From positions 7,254,001 to 7,318,000 of the forward strand of contig CM102284.1 in NCBI GenBank assembly GCA_046563655.1: a stretch of DNA of 64,000 nucleotides, written 5' to 3'. Positions 13,567 to 27,397 of this stretch are shown piece by piece. The notes under the pieces were generated by a model. The model made no database searches, was not told the origin of the DNA, and saw nothing but the letters and a program-made list of their open reading frames with translations. The DNA comes from Yuukianura sp. NJ FZ-2021 (Eukaryota). The first letter of the stretch is position 1, and every line of letters starts with the position of its first letter. Both the position numbers and the translations under genes were made by a program.

Positions 13567-16500
13567 ATGGATCCCGTTGGTGAGTAACATATCGAAATCT
13601 TTATTCTCTTGTGGAAGTTGTATTTTTACATCTTATCATCAATGTATGATTTTTAGGGAGTATGAATCGATCTGGAGTGGTGGACGCCGAAAAGTTTTTC
13701 CAGAAATATGAAGCGATGAAAGAAGATTATGAATCTATCAGAAAAAGATACTCGGATCTAATTTCTACACATTCTGGTACGGCCAACAAGTTGGAGCTGG
13801 CACAAGAGGAGGTCAATAGACTGAAAAAGTTGTACGAAGAAGCACTGCAAGAAACTACAACAAGTATTCGAGAACGGAATCACCTTAAAGTTCAATGCAC
13901 AGCAGCGATTCGTCAATGGGACAGTGCCCTTTGTGAACGAAACGAATACAAGGATGCTTTAGCAAAAGTACAGCAACAACACGAAGAAGCAATGAAAGAA
14001 GTCAATCAAGGAATGGCTCGGTCCATCAAATGTGGCAAAGACATCAAAAGGTTAACAGACGAACGTGATGCTGCGCTGCAAGAGTATTCACTGATTATGA
14101 GTGAAAGGGATTCGGTTCATCGAGAATTGGAAAAGCTAACTGATGACCTCACGCAATCTAAGAAACAAAATAAGGCCCTTGAAGTTCAAAACAAGGAACT
14201 TATGGATAAATTGCAAGGTACTATCAACTTGAAATCAATTTTTAGCAATTTGGCATGATCGATAATCCATTTCTGAAAACTTAACTTTGACTAATCCTTT
14301 ACGCTTAACTTTCTTGGACATCCATGGGTGGGTTTTGCCGTTTTCATTTCCTCAACGTTTGTGACTTTCGAGTATTTAATTTTTTACGATTGTTTGTCAA
14401 TTACAGAAGCAGGGCAAGAAGCAGAAGTTTCAAATCGTACGAGAGACTGGGCGTTTAGTGAACGTGATAAGATCATGCGAGAAAAAGAGAGCCTGAGAAC
14501 ATTATGTGAAAGTCTACGGCGAGAGAGAGATCGAGCAGTTTCAGATCTGGCGGAAGCACTGAGTGAATCAGAAGAAATGAAACGGCAAAAGAACTTGGCA
14601 TCTCGCCAAGTCAACGAACTGAGAGATCGGATTGAACTGGAAAAGGAGAATCGTGACGCCATGAGATTTCAGTACTTATCTAACTCTTCTAGTTTTTCTG
14701 AATCACGTGACTCGGCAATTGACTCAGACTTGCCTTCTGGACACTATTCAATTAAAGTAAGAATTTCAAATCGAATAACAATTTTAAAAAAAGTACACAC
14801 CTTATATTTTATGTATTTTGCAGTTGCCAAATGTACGAGGCTCTGATCACGGTCTTGTGCTGGAACCTGGAGTGTACATTTCCAGGATTCTGCCTGGTTC
14901 TGCTGCGGCCAAAGAATCAAATCTAAACATAGGAGATCGTGTTCTTTTCGTAAGTGATTAATCGATTAATCAAGATAATGGCAAGAGTGAAGTGTGAAGA
15001 TGCTAACGATTTACTCTTTTCTATTTAGATAAACGATACAGCAATTGATAACGTCCAAGACGCAATTCTAGCCCTATCGGAAGATATTGACCCCATAATG
15101 CTGACATTGTCTCGCAGTGCCGGTCATCTTCCGAGTCCAATTCATGCGCTCAAAAATAGTAACAAGCTACAAACTAACAGCAATATTTCAAAAATGGCAA
15201 ATCATGCTTCAACGGCCTCTCTCAAGTCTGACAAATCAGGGGATTGTCACCTAGCAACTTTGAGTCGTGATCGCGGTCACCCATCAAGCAACAGTGGCAG
15301 CTCAACTCTTAAACCGCATGGTGGCCTCCGTGATATTTTTCGCGTTCGTTTAGCCAGAAAGAAATTGAGTTCCCCAGAAGTGGAGATTTTGGAAACTTTG
15401 GATTCAGCAATAGCATCGGGAGGTGGTGGTTCTGGAAGTAGTTCGGCGCAGAGGAAGGCTCGTCGAAAGAGAGGTTCGTCGCGCGGTGGCGGCAGTGGAG
15501 GTGAAAGTTCAAACAAGAATGGAACATGGCCTCGCGTCATGTTGAATCGAAACAGTGCCTGCTCGTATACACTACCACATCACTCCGGTGGCCCGAATGC
15601 CGAAACGGAAAGTCAAGCTTCTTCGGCTCCAAATCGCCCATCTGAAACTCATTATACGTCGTTGAATCCCCAATACCGGAAGAAAGATCCTGGATTCTAC
15701 TCTGGAGGACATTATATTCCGAATGTCAATGCGAGCAATACGGTAGGTGTCAGAAGACATGCAGCAGGAACGAAGGAGCGTGTTGCGTTGTCGTCACTTC
15801 CATGGGACGTGAGTATGGGAGGGAGAGTTGTTGGAAACAATAGTATTAGTGTTGGTACGTTCACTGGAACTGGGAACAGTACCCAACTTCAGAACAATCC
15901 GGAATCGATGGAAACACAAAGTCGTGCAAGCGTTGAAACTGATAGATCAACGTTAAGTCGGAGTCGTGCGGGAGTCGTTGATGGACATGACCTCAGGGCT
16001 GGACTTCTTGGAGGTGAACGGATTCACTCTGGTCAGCCCCAGCATCATCGCTATTCGTTCGGTGTTTTCGATCCTTCTAACTCCGAAGCCGTCAAGACGT
16101 AAGCACTTGCCAATTTGAAGAGGATTTTTGCAAAAAATTAAACGAAAATGTAACGTTTTTTTTTTATTTTACTAAACAGGGAGCCACAACGCAACAGTGT
16201 GGTGCCGACACTGACCATGTCGGATGGATCGAGTATCGATTTTTCAGTGAGGTCAGGAAACATGGACATCTTGGAGTATTACGTCAAGAGAAACATGGGC
16301 AAAAATCAAAATAACAGCAGTGAAAGTGACCATTTGGACAAGGTCGTGTCTCCGCCGTCTCTTGGCATCCCATTCGGCAGTAGTTCTAATGGTAAGATAC
16401 GATTTTGGTATTCTTGGGAAAAGATTTAACTCAAAGCGTTTAAGTGTTTGTCTGTTCCACTTTTACAGTTTTGTCCATGGGAATGTCCAACACGCTGAAT

Positions 16501-19500
16501 CGTCATTCGAATAGACCACCGTCAAGATACTCGTCAGGACATCATCACGAAGTCACACCTCACTCGCTGATGAGCATGCAAATGATTCAGCAATCGCTCC
16601 ACGCTGCACCAAGATCCATAGCCAACTCCTTGATGGGAAGCAATAACGCAAGTTATGCCTTTGAGCCCAACTTCCAGTCTCATCATAGTCATTCACATGG
16701 TCCACAACAGCACATGGTCCCAACTTCATCTGGTCATACTGCGTCTGTTCCTATTGCAATGTCCCTACGTTCAAACTCTTCTAAACTCCTGTATCGAAAT
16801 TCTGACGATCTACTTGCAGCTCATCCGAGCTCTCCAATTGAAAGTTCTGGAACTTTTCCGAGGAAGAGGGAGCCTCAACGTATTAGAATCCCGTCAAATC
16901 AGAGTAGAAGTTCTGCTGAAAAGTTTGAGTTGCGAAATAGTCCTATGCCAGCATATCACATTGAGGTAAACCTGAAAAATCCAATTAATGGCAATTTGGA
17001 AACAATCAAGTTGAAATTACGTCAAAAATTGTTCATTTTTCCTGCTTACTGTAAAAAGAGGAGAGGACAAACCCGTCGTCCAAAACGAAGGGTATCGTGG
17101 GAGGGATCTACTGTTACCTCTGTTAAAAACGATTAGGAAACTAATGTTTTTGTTGTTCGTAGGAACTGGACCCTGGAAATCCTGATTTGGGAGAATATGG
17201 TAGCTGGCAAGGGAAATCCGGCGAATTGCGAAGTATTCGGATTCATAAGTCTGGACAACCGCTAGGAATTCAGATCAGCTGTAAAGCTAAAGGTGGGGGA
17301 GTCTTCATCTCTTCAGTGACAGAAGGCTCTGTGGCGTCGCATGCGAATTTGAGGGTAAGAACAGCGATGATGCCATTCGAGTGTTTTACGACAAATTACT
17401 AAAGTCATTTTCAGTTTGTAAAATAGTTATAAAATAACACCCTAAACCATTTTAACCTTAATAGGTTGGATCACAAATTCTTGAGATCTGCGGAATCAAC
17501 ATGAGGTCAGCAAGTTATGCTCATGCTGCCCAAGTACTTCAGCAGTGCAAGGACACAATGACGATGCTGGTTCATTACTTACCGGAAAAGTATCGGGATT
17601 GTAAGTAGAAATCTTGATTTCAGTATTTGTAATGTACTAAATCCTAAGATTTTACTGATAATTTGTTGTTTTCAGTACCAGATGAACGAGATCATGGATC
17701 CTCTTCAGATGGAGAAGACTCAGATTCGGACGGTTCTTCATCAGATGAAAATCAAGACGAAAATAATTCTTCGTTGTCTGACAATGAGTCAAGATCTTCT
17801 GGTCATTCGGGGTCTCCGACGCCGTGCAACTCTCCTGGTAACACGCTGGTCAGAAAGTCGAAGCAAAACTCCAGTGTCCGCAAATCAGTCCAGACTGGAA
17901 ATGCTTCAGTTCAAGCATCCAGCTCCATCAAGTCGCACCAAAGTCAACAGCAGCAACAGTCACAACTGCAGCAGGCATTGGCAGCAGCAGCTTTGGAATC
18001 ACACAATACTCCTTCCAATACTCTCACAAGGAAGACTGGGCAGGACAAAGGAGATTCTGGAAAGGGAGTGGACAAGCCGCGCTATCTGACTCTTCAGTTG
18101 CTCAAGAATTCGTCTAATCTGGGGATATGTCTTGTAGGAGGCAACGTTGTTGGAATCTTTGTTCACAGTGTCCAAGCCGATAGCATTGCTGAGAGAGCGG
18201 GAATGAGGTAAGTGATTAGATTTCAGTTTTGTTCTAGAATTGAAATGCCAAATGTTAACAAAAATCCATTTTTTCTTAGGACTGGAGATCAGATTCTCGA
18301 ATACAACGGAACGGAGCTACGAGAGGCTACAGCGGAAGAGGCTGCGTTTGAACTGGCGAAACCACTTGATAAAGTCAGCATACTCGTCCAGTATAACATT
18401 CAGCGTAAGTTTTTTCTTAACTTATTTAATGAAATATAGGATAGAGGAGAGGATGCTTAGTTTTAATTAAATTGTGATTGTTGCAGGGTACAATGACATC
18501 AAGGATCAACCTGGAGATGGATTTTATATTCGTGCACTTTTTGACTTCCCTGCTCTCTCCAATGACTCTCATCATCAAGGCAGCCAAGACGCTCAAGCGC
18601 TGTCATTCTTCAAAGACGAGATTCTCTACATTGACAACACAATGTTCAATGGGAAGCCTGGAAAATGGAGAGCATGGAAGGTTGACTCCGAAGGCCACCG
18701 CAAAGTTTGGGGTGTCATCCCTTCCAAATTCAAGTAATTGACGATTTCGAGCGAATTTTCAATCAAAAAGCACTATTGAATTAGTAATTGAGTTCTAATT
18801 ACTTTCATAACTTAGGATCGAAGAAGAGATGATGTTCAAGAGGAATTTGGGAGACCTGGATGGAGACCGTCGAAGTTCTACCATGACACGCCGAAGCTTC
18901 TTTCGTCGCAAATCATCAAGCCACACGTCTCGCGAATTGGCTTCGTTTTCTGATTTCTCGATCAATGCCTACGGTGGTGATGGGATGCAACAGGGTGTCA
19001 TGCAGCTCAAAGATGAATCTTTATCACATCAAACGTATCAGCGAGTCGAGCGCCTGGATTGTAAGATTTGTCAAAAGTTTGTTGATGTTTCGGATTATCG
19101 GATTTTTTGTTATTGCAAGTATTTTCAAATCGTTTTTGGGTTTCAGATATGCTCTTTCTTCGCCCTGTCATCGTTTTGGGAGCCTTGAGTGACCTTATTT
19201 CTGAAAGACTCGTGCAGGATTTTCCATACCAGTTTGGGCGTGTTCCGCTGGAAGTGATGCACTGTTCTGGAGCGATGCTGGAGAAAGGGCTGACGGAAAG
19301 CATCTTTGTTGACTACAAGCGAAAGGGAGCTCACTACGAATGTATAACGATGGGAGCAATCAAAGAAATTAGCTCAAGGGTAAGCAGTTTCACAGTTTAT
19401 GCTGGATACTCTGAAAATGACATTGATAACTCATTGTTTCAAATATGTTTCAGAAATTGTACTGTATTATGGACGTGAGCACCAGCGGAATTGAACGCCT

Positions 19501-19771
19501 GCAACGAGCACAAATGTATCCGATTGTTTTGCTAATCAAATTCAAGAGTCCGAAACAAATTCGAGAGATCAAGGATCTACGTTGCGATAAAATCACCGCA
19601 AAGGCAGCTAAGGAACTGTACGAACACTCTCTAAAAGTTGAGAACGAATACAAGCACTTGATCACGGTCTGCGTTCCTGGTGGAACCAATATTTCATACT
19701 TGGGGTCACAAGTCAAGACGGCTGTTGAGAGGGAGCAATCCAAAACACTCTGGGTTCCTTGTCCAAACTAA
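13567..19771 (+). CDS. DLG5: Discs large 5 MAGUK scaffold (coiled-coil, PDZs, SH3, GUK)
   Basis: ATG at 13567 (in-frame stop upstream) spliced to 13657. Coiled coil (QCTAAIRQWD, YSLIMSERDSVHRELEKL, RDWAFSERDKI), RDSAIDSD motif, PDZs (~14824-15090, ~17220-17590, ~18080-18400), SH3 (FYIRALFD..YIDNTMFNG..WRAW) and GUK ending EQSKTLWVP. Confidence 0.92.
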
Positions 19772-20299
19772 AAGATAAGCTGACTTCCGCTTTGAAATTA
19801 AGAAGCGCTCACTGACTGACAATCCTTGTAAGAAATATCGCACAAATTGTCCAAAAGTATCCTGCTTAACGTCCCTTTTAGAACGCAGCTTTTAGTACTT
19901 ACGATTAGTACAATCTGGAAACTGGCAATACTACAGGAACGGCCAAAGACTTTGTAAAATATTTACAGCTTAAGTTTAACTGATGGACTAAACTTCCACA
20001 AATTCAAGACTAACGTATACGTATACTTTACGCTCAATTTGACTGTCAGGCTTCTAGAAAGCAACTAATAACTGGGATAGATAGACTGGGTTGGCACATT
20101 AGACTAGTTTATAAGAATTTTACATATTATAGCGTGTTGTCCAACGTTTATTCAGCTAAGTTGCTTGATTTGTTAGGCTTTTGTCGTTTAGCTTTATGTG
20201 ATCGTCCAAGCAATCATACTGGACAAGGAAATATTGCTTAAGAAGGGAACTTGTAACTTGTACTCTAGTGGACACTATCATGATTATGAAGGTTCAAGA

Positions 20300-20575
20300 T
20301 CAAAAACAACCTGGATATGGATCTACTCGGTTTTTACGCATAATAAATTGAATTTTTCTGGACATGTCTTCATTATAAATTGCCTTACACTTTTCATAAT
20401 TGACTCTTCGTCTAGTTTGGTAAGGCTTTTCATAACGTCGAGTACGGCGAAACTGGTCCAACATCCCTTCACGTCCCATGATGCGATTCAGTAGTCTCAT
20501 GGCTTCGTCGACATCGTTGTTCCTGACTAGCACCGTCCTGGAGACGAACAGTACATGCCGGATGCCACCCAACAT
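20300..20575 (-). CDS. MRPS21: Mitochondrial ribosomal protein S21
   Basis: Single coding exon of 91 aa: RTVLVRNNDVDEAMRLLNRIM..RYEKPYQTRRRVNYEKCKAIYNEDMSRKIQFIMRKNRVDPYPGC. Confidence 0.93.
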   Translation of the reverse strand: MLGGIRHVLFVSRTVLVRNNDVDEAMRLLNRIMGREGMLDQFRRTRRYEKPYQTRRRVNYEKCKAIYNEDMSRKIQFIMRKNRVDPYPGCF

Positions 20576-20980
20576 CGTTCCGAGATGAACCGATTTAAAG
20601 TATCGGAGACGATGGGACAGGGACAGCGTCTGCTAATTGGCACTGCAAAGCACAAAACAATTACGTTAGAATAAACAGTACCTCAATTCAGCATCAGTAA
20701 TCGATTAACATTAAAAGAAATCACGGTTACCTTAAGTATTATGTAGTATGACACGTTGTACGTTAATCGGTTACCACCAGCCTTGTAAATCCTTGGGTAT
20801 TGCCCTCCGGTACGCAATTAACGTTTTAAACCCCCCAAATCTCTGCTGGAACGTCCTAATTATCGCACTGCTAAAAATTAACTGCAATAAAACTGATTAA
20901 CTAGCTGCTAGAATAGAGATTTTAATGTACAATGTACATTTGTTATTGATGATCAGCTGAGAAAATTTTTCACGAGTCTT

Positions 20981-21365
20981 TTACATTGGAGATGGACGGG
21001 AGAGCAGAAAAGTAGATCGGAGATCGTACAAGGCGAAGAGGCAGATAGGAGTTTTGGTCTTGTGTGTTTTTTGAATGGGGAGAATAAGTGCCGGGAAAAG
21101 GGTTAGGGGCAGGAGGGAGTGTAGCCTTCTTGCTTCGCATAATCTCCTGTCAACTTTTCCTCTCTTCTGCCTATCCCCCAATGTTAAACTTCAGTTCAAA
21201 ATCAGAGTGGGTGACAAGGGTGGTGTGCAGTAACTGCTACTCCAACCACACAAATTCAGAGGGTGACAAGGATTGTGCAAGGAACTGCTACACCAACCAC
21301 ATAAATTATTCAAACACTAATTTTATTCATTTTACCGCTCTTTTCAAAACTCTTGTCTCAACATG
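20981..21365. repeat. Dispersed repeat family 1, copy 1
   Basis: Clearly similar to 57243-57612 (shared gccttcttgcttcgcataatctcctgtcaacttttcctctcttctgcctatcccccaatgttaaacttcagttc). Contains two imperfect tandem units gggtgacaagg..aactgctac..aaatt. Confidence 0.85.
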
Positions 21366-21552
21366 TTCTACTGTATTTATCTTTCTGAGACAATAACAAA
21401 CTAACCGAATAATTATTATTATAAATTAGTTTTACTATTATTAATTAATTATTATTATAATAAAATGGGAAAATGGGTTGGACAATACAAGGAACGGAAT
21501 TGGACTTCCAGAACCAGCTCATACACTATAACGAACTATAAATATTTTAATT

Positions 21553-21775
21553 AACTTAGACGAAAAAAGAACGGAAATTTTTATTGCTACAAGCAGAAGC
21601 CACATAAAAATTAATTTCTTTCTTCTCTGGTGTTGAAGCAGAAAAAACCATGAAAGAAATAAAAGAATTCTCATATGGCGTGAGGACATGGCAAAGCAAA
21701 ACATTAAACTTTCTTCCTAAATCGCAGAAAATTGAAATCAAAATATATTTTCCTAAAATTGTTGAAATATCTTTT
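21553..21775. repeat. Dispersed repeat family 2, copy 1 (just downstream of the DDX11 stop)
   Basis: Diverged same-orientation match to 23358-23575 (aacttagacg..ggaaatttt..gctacaa..tggcgtgagga..aaactttctt..taaatcgcagaaaattgaaat). Confidence 0.7.
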
Positions 21776-21901
21776 AATCCGCTACAGCAAAACAGTCAGA
21801 AACAAACTAAAAAAATACGAAAATTTTTTATTTAATGGACGCATTTTCATCAAAAATCCTGAAGTCCGACGAATCTTAACCAAAAATTCTATAAAATGCA
21901 C

Positions 21902-24900
21902 TCACGCACGCTTAGTCTTGAAAAATTTGGCCAAACTTCCAATACATTTGCCAAGAGAAGTACATCCTTCGTACTTCTTTTGAATCCAATCTGGAAGTTG
22001 AGCCCGGGAGTCATTGGACAAGTAACGTCCGTCCATGAGAACAATGGCAGCGTAGTCATTTGAATGACGAATAGCCCTTCCGATGCTTTGATTCACTGCT
22101 TTGAAACAGCAATTGGACAGAAACTGCCTGCCTTTTTCAGCACCCTGAAAAAGTAACAACTTTTAAAAAACTTTTCCAGATTAAAGCGGATTCGTGTTGA
22201 TTTTGTTGACAGGACTCACGAATTTTTCCGAAACAAATTGAACTTTTTGTTTGATTTCTACGCTGGTGATGTTTGGAAATGGAAGTCCAACGACGATGAC
22301 ACATCGGCCAAGATCGTCAGCAAAGTTGATTCCTTCGCTTAATTTCCCACCAACAACAGCAAGAAGAACAGCGCCACCGTCGGGATTCTTCTTAATTTGT
22401 CTTGAGTACTCAGCCAGTACTTTGTCGCAATTTACCTGCTTTGGCTCTCGAAAAACCTGAAAAACAAATCCAATCTTTAGCTAATCCTTCATAAATCAGC
22501 AACTGTGTAAAAAGAAAAGCTAAACGTAAGTTGTACGCATAATAAATCTCACAATTTTCTTGGCTTCAATTTTTGAAAGAACGCCAGACTGCTTCAGATG
22601 AGCGTAAAACTTGTCTTCATAATCATACGACGGTAGAAAAATCACCATTCCGGCAGGAACTACGCGAGAAATATTGAGAATTGCCAATCCCAAGTCTTGT
22701 AACTGAAATAAAGACAAAAAAGCAAGACTTTTTTTTTTTTGAAATTTTAAACTTGCAATTCAAAATACGCTTGCGACTCACCACTTCCTTTGAACCACGC
22801 TTCTTGAATGTGAAATCAAACGGTACTGTGGCACCATTCGACAAACCCAAGCAAACTAAATTTTCTTCCGGAATGACATGGTTGCACGAAAAAGTCAAAA
22901 TCCGGTCGGTCGCTCCGTAGAATAATTGATCATGGACGTCTTCATATGGCTTCATTGTTCCACCCGCTAAGATTACGTTTCTACACAAAAATTTCGTTAA
23001 TCAATGTAAATTAATTGAATTTGTTGTAGTTTTAACAACCTTGCTGTGTTGATAATATCCGAAAATCGTTCTGATGTGTTGAGCATTAGGAATTTCAGTA
23101 GTTGTCCATCTCGAATGACTCTTCCTGAAGCACAAGTCTTGGTAATTGATTTCAAAAATTCAAAAAAGTTTAGCACAGCTTGTCCAGAAGACTGGCGTTT
23201 TGCTTCGTCAACAGGCGCAGATTTGTCTGACACTTCCAGTTCCAATTGACGCTGCTGCCTGTCTTGTGCTTGGAGATATCCTCGCAGCTAAAAAAATCCA
23301 ATCAAGTTTAGAATTATAGAAAATAGAAAAATTGTTGGTAAATTAAAAATTAACTTATAACTTAGACGGCAATTTCGAGAAACTCAAAAAAAAGGAAATT
23401 TTTACGCTACAACCAGACGCCGCAACAAAACTAAATTCTTTCTTCATAGGTATTGAAAAAAGTGAATAGTATGAATGAAGTACAATAATTTTCATGTGGC
23501 GTGAGGAAATAAAACAAAACATCAAACTTTCTTGGTAAATCGCAGAAAATTGAAATTCAAATACATTTTACGAAAAATTATCTAATTAAAAAAGAAAAAA
23601 AAGATTAAAAATTACAGACTTTTAAATAATCCTACCTTAAAAAGAAGTTTTGACTTGGTCGCATGTCTAAACAGCTCAAATAGATCCAAATCATTCACGC
23701 CAGTCACATTGGAGAACTCGGGAACATAAAACACTCTGGAAGTCTCCTCCGCAGGATTTGACGCTGGGAATAAAAATCAAAACTTTAAATTAACTCTGTA
23801 TTAGAATTTCTAATTGTTAGTTTCAACGATATGATGAGATTGGGAAAAAATTTGCAACAGTACCTGTCAAAAATGCAATGAACGATTCCAGAACCCGGGT
23901 GATTTCCTGGAGTCGGAGAAGATTCGTTGGACTAAACCGAGTCATGTATCGATTCATATAAATTTGCAGGCCTTTGAGCGTTTCTTGCAGTTGGACAAGA
24001 GTTACATGCGATGAGTACATGTTCGAAATGGATTCAATCAGATTATGAGCTTCGTCTAATATAATGGCAGCGTTTTCCATCCTGAGACCGATTCCATCAC
24101 GAGTCGACGAATGCAAAATGCTATTGTAAGGAAGTAGTACAAGTTGAGCTTCTTTAGAAGCCTTTCTGGCAGCATAGTAGGGGCAAGCATTTTGTCGCTT
24201 CCCAGTCGTCACCAAATCTTCAATGTCCATTGGTTCGCATAAAATCTGAAAAAAAGCATACTGGATGAATTTTTTTTCAAAACTTGATTCAAAAAATGAT
24301 TGACTTACTTGGTTTTTGAGGTCTTCGATAGCGGAATGATTAAAGTAAGGACATCCGGAACAAGTTTTTTGCTTCTTGTATTCCTTCGTTTTCTTTCCTT
24401 TGCTGTTCTTTTGTAAATCTAAGCATCTAAATTACAAAGACAACATAATTAAACTTTGAGTCAATTTTTAAAAAGAGTTAAGTTTACCGTTCATTCATAA
24501 GGGACAGACTCTTGAGATTAGTTACTTCAGGATTAACGCACAAATTCTGACGAGATCCGAGTGAGGCAGTTGTGATCTTAGATGCGAACTCAGTCTTTTT
24601 TAGTTCGTTGACAAATTGGCTTAACTGGGAGTGTGTTCTGGAAGCAAAAACGACCTGTAAAAAGTCGAAAAAATTACTAATTGTGTTCACCTTCAACGTC
24701 GTTTCTGTGTTTTGCCATGAAGTGTACCTTAAAAGGATGAAATTCGGGTTCTTTGTCTTCTTGTTCTTCAAAATATTCCGTATCAGAATCTGCTTCAGGA
24801 GCAAATTCATCATCAAACATCAAATCCGTAGCATCGTCAAGTTTTCCTTCCGTCTTTGTTGCAATCTTTGGACGATTTTCTTTGAAAGACATCGATTTCC

Positions 24901-25464
24901 GTTTTAGCTGCGAGCGCTTCTGTAGGGTTCTTTGACGCTGTTCTAGCAATGTTTCTAAAAACTGTATCTCTCGTGTGGCCTTCATTATTTTGTCTTTCTT
25001 CTGAAGGAACGCATGCTGCGACGTAATCCAGTCCACGGCCTGTTTGGCAACTTTCTCTGTTCAAGATAAACAACAAATTTTAGTACCAGCGCTGCCAAAT
25101 CATGAATTGAAATCATGAATTGCGTACCTTCCAGGTGAAGATTACAGTTGGCCACAAAACGTCTCAAATCAGTTAGTCGTTGGGTTTCCCGTTGTAGAAG
25201 CCATGTTAGTGAACCACACAACAAGCTCAAAGACTTTCCCTGTAACAAACGTTTAAGTTTAACATTGGCTTAAGCTAATTCGTATTGATTTAGATCTTGA
25301 AGGTCTAGGAGACTCACAGTTCCTGTAGGGCTTTCGAAGATCCCAAGTTGTTTGTTTTCCAGTGCCGTAAATAACGACTGCATGAACTCAAGTTGAATAC
25401 GGTACGGTTTGAAAGGAAAGCTGAAATTTTCTGGATTCTTCAACTTCGTTTCCTTCATGTCCAT
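21902..25464 (-). CDS. DDX11: Fe-S DNA helicase DDX11/ChlR1
   Basis: [121 protein letters not shown]. Multi-exon. Confidence 0.95.
23358..23575. repeat. Dispersed repeat family 2, copy 2 (inside an enlarged DDX11 intron)
   Basis: Matches 21553-21775 and accounts for the unusually long intron at ~23288-23635. Confidence 0.7.
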
Positions 25465-26006
25465 GTTGCTTCCGTCCAACTTTCCTAGGTCGCGGTCGTC
25501 GAGATCAAACTGAAAACATAGGTACATAGTAAACAATAAACAAGGAAACTGAAACTGAAAGAGAATAAAAGTGATAGCGGACTTGACTTTTGACTTGCCT
25601 AATAAAATGTGACTTGCTGTGAGCTCTGTAGTGTCGGCAGATCCGATTGGATACTAATTAAACAGCAGTAAATTATAATTTACTGGAACCGGAAGGAGCG
25701 ATTAATTGACGCAAAACTTGCTGCGAAAATATCGTTTTGCTCTTTGTCAGAGTTGTTGTTTTTTTAGAATGTTATTTTATTTTGGTTTTCTTTCGCGCCG
25801 ATGAAATTCAAATGAAGCATGCGGGAAATAGGAAATTTGAGACGCAAAAAAAAATTGTGTCAGCTTCAGCACAGTCAGCTGTGAGCTGCTGCTGTCTCTT
25901 GTTTCGTATGTTATCCTGTCATTTGTTTACTTTTAGATTTTAATTGCTAATTGATTTATTAACTGAGCTACTTTACACGGTAATCAACCAATTCAACCTA
26001 AGAAGG
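25465..26006. promoter_or_regulatory. Probable bidirectional promoter DDX11/PRPF18
   Basis: Head-to-head start codons ~540 bp apart; CAGCTG at ~25876. Confidence 0.5.
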
Positions 26007-27397
26007 ATGGACATCCTTAAGGCGGAAATAGCCCGGAAAAGGAAACAATTGGAAGATGCCAAGGTTTTGTCCGAAGGTAAAAAGTATTTCAAAAGGGCCG
26101 AGTTAATTGCTAAAGAAGAGGAAGAATATTTAACTAAAAATGCGCTTGAGATGACAAAGGAGTCAAACAATGCCCTTGCTGCAACAAAACAAGTAAGTAA
26201 TTGAAAATTGTACATCATGTTAGCGGTGTATGTTGATAATACTTCGTTTCGTTTTCGTTTTATCCAGGGAATAAGCAGCGGATCTCCACGTCCAGACTCT
26301 TGTTCAAATGTTGAAGATCTTCCGAAACTAACAAGACGAGAAGTAATCAGAAGATTACGAGAGCGAGGAGAACCGGTTACACTGTTTGGGGAAAACGAAT
26401 TGGAAGCATTCAAGAGACTTCGGAAACTTGAAATTTTGGAACCGGAAGTAAACAGAGGACTAAGAAACGACCTGCAGGCTGCGCTGGAACAAGTTGATCA
26501 AGCCTACCTGGAAGAAATTCTGAAAACGTCCAAAACAGATGCCAGTTCCGGGGCTCAAGAGAAGAAGAAATTGGGAGATGTCCACATCCAAGAAGACAAC
26601 TACACTTTTGACGACATATTGGAAATGACCACAAAAGTATTCCAAAACAGGAAGGACTTGGAGGGACATGCTCAGATGATTCTGAAATGGCTTAAATTTT
26701 TACTCAAAACTTGGGGACATCATCTTAATGACCGGGAGGAACACGAAAAACTGAGCACAAAAGGAAAACTTGCCTCTGCTACGTACACCCAGACTGTTGT
26801 AAGACAAACAGCGCGATTTGTTGGTTTATTTTAACTACGAACGTTTTTACTTTCAGTTCTTTCTGTTTACAGGAATATTTGAAACCACTCATGCGAAAAT
26901 TGAAAACAAACACATTGACTGATGACATCCTCGAGTCTCTTTCCGAAATCGTCAATCTGATCATGTCCAAGGAGTACATCAAAGCCAACAATGCGTAATT
27001 TAAAAGCACAGTTTAAGCTTGCTATTGCTCCAAAACAATCCACTAATCATCAACTTTTTTTTCGTTTTGTTCTCAGGTATTTGGAAATGGCGGTTGGCAA
27101 TGCTGCTTGGCCCATTGGGTATGTTAATGAACTGAAATTTCTTTTAGAATTTGTTAAACTAGAATGATTGACTACTAAATTATGATTATCTAATTGTGTA
27201 GGGTGACCATGGTTGGTATCCACGCTCGAACAGGACGAGAGAAGATTTTTAGCAAGAACATTGCTCACGTTTTGAACGACGAGACGCAAAGGAAGTACAT
27301 CCAAGGCTTGAAGCGATTGATGACAAAAGCACAAATTTTGTTTCCAGCTGCTCCATCTAAATGTGTTGAATTCACACCAGAGGCAACGCTGTACTAA
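26007..27397 (+). CDS. PRPF18: Pre-mRNA splicing factor 18
   Basis: [18 protein letters not shown]4-like [69 protein letters not shown]. Confidence 0.95.

Noticed and set aside
20981-21396. Duplicated short ORFs (also at 57177-57724), including a CSNCY repeat
   Set aside because: They lie in a dispersed repeat and the frames are not preserved between copies.
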